From assembly GCA_902562875.1 (NCBI GenBank), contig CACEVB010000002.1:16941-80940 (forward strand): 64,000 bases of DNA, given 5' to 3'. Position 1 is the first letter of the stretch; each line of letters opens with the position of its first letter. The notes beneath the pieces were generated by a model. The model searched no databases, was not told the DNA's origin, and was given only the letters and a program-made list of their open reading frames with translations. This document shows positions 60,963 through 64,000 of this stretch, piece after piece. Made by a program: the position numbers and the translations under genes. The DNA comes from an uncultured Pelagibacteraceae bacterium (lineage in GTDB: Bacteria > Pseudomonadota > Alphaproteobacteria > Pelagibacterales > Pelagibacteraceae).

Positions 60963-61925
60963 ATGTCGCCAATGGTTAAAGATCAAAATACAAAAGGTAT
61001 TTTATACATAATGACTGGAATGGCTTTTTTTTCCATTCAAGATTCTTTAATAAAATTTATATATAACGATATTGCGTTATTTGAGCTATACTTAATAAGA
61101 ACAATAATACAAGCAAGTCTACTTTTATCTTTAGTTTTAATAACAAAGCGTAATGTTACTTTTAAAACACACTACCCTTTTTTAACCCTTTTAAGAGTTG
61201 TATGTTTCTTTTTTGGTTTTAGTTTTTTTTATATCTCTTTGACCTTTATGACACTTGCAATGACAAGTGCCTTGTTTTTCTCTTGCCCATTTTTTATGTC
61301 AATGTTTGCAAAATTCTTTCTGAAAGAGCAAATTGGTATTAGAAGATGGTCAGCAATTGTTGTTGGTTTTATCGGTGTAATTGTGGTTTTAAATCCAGCA
61401 CTTGAGGAATTTAATTTTCTTAAATTGGCACCAGTAGCTTGCGCAATTTGTTATGCAATTTCGATGACTATAACTAAATATACATCTGACAAGGATGATA
61501 TTTATACACAAATGTCTTGGTTGTATGTATTCGCTATTTCTGCAGGAATAATAATTTTTTTAGTTAGTGGTGACGGTAAATTTAACACTTTTTCTGATCC
61601 GACTTTTCAATTCATTACAAGAGAGTGGTTTACAAATCCTTCAGAGGCATGGCCTTATGTAGTTGTGATGGGTATCGTTGCTTTTATATCATTTTTGTGC
61701 GTCTTCTCAGCGTATAGTATTGCATCACCATCTATCATTTCTTTGTTTGAATACTCATATATTATTTGGGCAATGCTTGCTGGGTATATTTTATTTGAAA
61801 CAATTCCTCTGCCAAGAACTTTTTTTGGTGCTGCAATTATTATAGCTGCTGGTGTTTATATTTATTATAGAGAAAAAGTAAAAGGTCAAATGATTGTAAC
61901 AGATACACCAACTGTTAATAGATGA
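60963..61925 (+). CDS. DMT/EamA transporter
   Basis: FSIQDSLIK, RRWSAIVVGFIGV, FEYSY. Confidence 0.88.
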   Translation: MSPMVKDQNTKGILYIMTGMAFFSIQDSLIKFIYNDIALFELYLIRTIIQASLLLSLVLITKRNVTFKTHYPFLTLLRVVCFFFGFSFFYISLTFMTLAMTSALFFSCPFFMSMFAKFFLKEQIGIRRWSAIVVGFIGVIVVLNPALEEFNFLKLAPVACAICYAISMTITKYTSDKDDIYTQMSWLYVFAISAGIIIFLVSGDGKFNTFSDPTFQFITREWFTNPSEAWPYVVVMGIVAFISFLCVFSAYSIASPSIISLFEYSYIIWAMLAGYILFETIPLPRTFFGAAIIIAAGVYIYYREKVKGQMIVTDTPTVNR

Positions 61926-62893
61926 TAAAAAAAAATTATATCCCGACAATCGACATTTCCTTTATTTATAAATATGGATTGGATAATAAAAAATCTTTAA
62001 AGATATTAAAAGAAATAGAACAAGCTTGTACTAAAGTTGGTTTTTTTCAAATAATAGGTCATGGTATTAAACAAAAGGATATTAAAAAAATTACTAAAGT
62101 CGGAAATTTTTTTTTTAATTTAAAAAGTGATAAAAAATTTAAATTAGCTCCAAGAAAATGGAATAAAAAAAATAAAAATTTATATAGAGGTTATTTTCCA
62201 AATGATATTAATGGTAAAGAAGGTTTAGATATTGGAGATTTAAAAATTACTAAAGCTTACTCAAAGAAAATTAATACTAAATATATAGAATTTATTGAGT
62301 TGAATAAGTGTTTTAAAAGAAAATCTATTAAAATTTTATCTAATTACTTTGACGATATTTTTAAATTAAGTGAGTTATTATTTAAAGGTATAATAAAACT
62401 ATACGGTAAAGACCCTATAATTTCTAAAAAAGCATTTACAAGATACAAAACTTTAAGCACATTAAGATTTAATTTTTATCCAAATCAAAATAAACCAGTA
62501 GAAATTTCCAGACAAGATGGTGTTGCTTTAGGTTGCGAAACACATGTTGATAGCGGGGTATTTACTGTATTATATCAAGACAAAACTGGCGGACTACAAG
62601 TTCAAAATAGAAAAAGCAAAAAATGGTATAATGTACCATTTAATAATAAAGCTTTTGTTGTAAATACTGGAAGAGCTATGGAATTTTTAAGCAAAGGCAA
62701 ATACAAAGCAACCAATCATAGAGTACTCTGGAACAAGAAAAAAAGAATGTCTATTCCTTTTTTTTTTGAACCATCGTTTGATTTTATCATGAATAAATCA
62801 TTTCTTAATGAGAATTATAATAAAAAAAATGGAGTGATGTACAAAACTTTTTTAAATAAATCTTTAAAAAAGTTTATTGAGTATCAAAGGTAA
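61922..62893 (+). CDS. Isopenicillin-N-synthase-family 2OG-Fe(II) oxygenase
   Basis: IPTIDI, GFFQIIGHGI, HVD, GGLQV, HRV, RMSIPFF. Confidence 0.88.
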   Translation: MIKKNYIPTIDISFIYKYGLDNKKSLKILKEIEQACTKVGFFQIIGHGIKQKDIKKITKVGNFFFNLKSDKKFKLAPRKWNKKNKNLYRGYFPNDINGKEGLDIGDLKITKAYSKKINTKYIEFIELNKCFKRKSIKILSNYFDDIFKLSELLFKGIIKLYGKDPIISKKAFTRYKTLSTLRFNFYPNQNKPVEISRQDGVALGCETHVDSGVFTVLYQDKTGGLQVQNRKSKKWYNVPFNNKAFVVNTGRAMEFLSKGKYKATNHRVLWNKKKRMSIPFFFEPSFDFIMNKSFLNENYNKKNGVMYKTFLNKSLKKFIEYQR

Positions 62894-62896
62894 TAT

Positions 62897-63364
62897 TTAA
62901 TTTTTTAATGCTGGAAAAACTGGATTAGATTTTTGAAATATCTTCTGATATTCTTGTTTTATACATCTATTCGAAACATACTTTATATTTTGTTTATTAG
63001 CTGTTTCCTCTGCGTTTTTATGATGTATTCCGTATTGTAACCACAAAACTTTTGTTCCTATTTTCACTGCTTGCTCAGCAATATCTGGTGCTTCCTTCGA
63101 AGGTCTAAAAACATCTACTATATCAATCTTCTCGTTAACTTTGTCTAAACCTGAAACTACTTTTTCTCCATTTATAATTTCTCCCTCAGCAAATGGGTTT
63201 ATTGGAATTACTTTGTATCCGAAATCTTGCATATATTTCATTACAACATTTGCTGGTTTCCTTTTAATGTTTTTTGGATCTTCCTTTTTTTTTTCTGAAC
63301 TAATTCCAATCATAGCGATTGTTTTAGCATTCTCTAAAATACTTTTGATTTCCTGATCATCCAT
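62897..63364 (-). CDS. CoA-binding domain protein (YccU-like)
   Basis: TIAMIGIS, IPINP, IDIVDVFR, WLQYG, RCIK. Confidence 0.88.
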   Translation of the reverse strand: MDDQEIKSILENAKTIAMIGISSEKKKEDPKNIKRKPANVVMKYMQDFGYKVIPINPFAEGEIINGEKVVSGLDKVNEKIDIVDVFRPSKEAPDIAEQAVKIGTKVLWLQYGIHHKNAEETANKQNIKYVSNRCIKQEYQKIFQKSNPVFPALKN

Positions 63365-64000
63365 TATTTATGTCTCCACTTTGCAGGTCTTTTTTCTAAA
63401 AAAGCGGTAATGCCCTCTTTTGCATCTTTAGCCATCATGTTCAGCGTCATCATCTCACTTGTATACTTATAAGCTTTACTCAATGGCATTTCTAATTGTT
63501 TATAAAAAGCTCGCTTGCCAATCTTTATAGTTAAATTTGATTTAGATGAAATCTTTTTTGCAATATTTAATACCTCTTTATTTAATTTCTGTTTTGTGAA
63601 GTGATCATTAATAAGACCAATTTGTTTTGCGTAATTTGCTTTAATTGGTTCTCCAGTCAATAACATTTTCATCATTTGTTTTCGATTAATCTTTCTACTC
63701 ACAGCTACCATTGGTGTACTACAAAATAATCCAATGTTTACACCTGGTGTAGCAAATATTGCATCGTTAGTGCTATATACTAAATCACAACTAGCTGCTA
63801 ACTGGCAACCAGCAGCGAAAGCAGCACCATGAACTTTAGCAATAACTGGTTTTCTTCCATCAACAATTTGCATCATAACTTTTGAGCATAAATTAAATAA
63901 TTTTAAATATTTTGATCTAACTTTTAAACTCTTAACTTCTTTTAAATTATGACCGGCACTAAAACCTTTTCCATTACCACTTATTATAATTACTCTTGTC
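63364..64000 (-). CDS. Enoyl-CoA hydratase/isomerase (5' end outside the window)
   Basis: Frame open to the window edge (...GKGFSAGHNLKE...), AAGCQL, TPGVNIGLFCSTP. Confidence 0.9.
   Translation of the reverse strand, partial: TRVIIISGNGKGFSAGHNLKEVKSLKVRSKYLKLFNLCSKVMMQIVDGRKPVIAKVHGAAFAAGCQLAASCDLVYSTNDAIFATPGVNIGLFCSTPMVAVSRKINRKQMMKMLLTGEPIKANYAKQIGLINDHFTKQKLNKEVLNIAKKISSKSNLTIKIGKRAFYKQLEMPLSKAYKYTSEMMTLNMMAKDAKEGITAFLEKRPAKWRHK

Noticed and set aside
727-63356. Numerous 60-140-aa ORFs antisense to or nested within long genes (e.g. 727-1047, 4092-4433, 18245-18565, 36484-36807, 37947-38363, 56581-56901, 57099-57482)
   Set aside because: They are shadows of well-supported genes, with no motifs or RBS.
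1-64000. CRISPR arrays, IS elements, tRNA/rRNA genes, defence systems
   Set aside because: No spaced repeats, transposase/integrase motifs or structured RNA genes of these kinds found by eye.

Overview
AT-rich, gene-dense alphaproteobacterial chromosome segment with very short intergenic spacers; gene content and style point to SAR11 (Pelagibacterales). I see no rRNA, tRNA, CRISPR array, integrase or transposase. (1) 1-6.7 kb is an organosulfonate/sulfite module: xsc (frameshifted), suyAB, a TauE sulfite exporter, two unknown small ORFs and aprMBA, with no sat in the window. (2) 6.7-29.9 kb holds housekeeping and nutrient genes: pabBAC, metC, mnmA, cysQ, recX, amtB, HU, rseP, thiV with a TPP-type riboswitch, a Fur-boxed Fe(III) ABC transporter, a VtlR/LsrB-type LysR, acuI, folE and hisI. 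(3) 30-64 kb is a regulator-free quaternary-amine catabolic region: DMG dehydrogenase-ETF-ETF:QO, homocysteine methyltransferase, a betaine-type ABC transporter with a fused double permease and two ATPases, gamma-butyrobetaine dioxygenase, carnitine dehydrogenase/cleavage enzyme/thioesterase, GDPD, TauD, BetA and several orphan enzymes. The strongest signals missing from the ORF track are a TPP riboswitch variant lacking the pyrophosphate-contact nucleotides, a 27-aa ultra-basic ORF resembling small ribosomal proteins, an SD-sequestering hairpin on amtB, and a structured spacer inside the iron operon that also carries a Cys-motif micro-ORF. All protein calls come from motif recognition and recall, not database searches.
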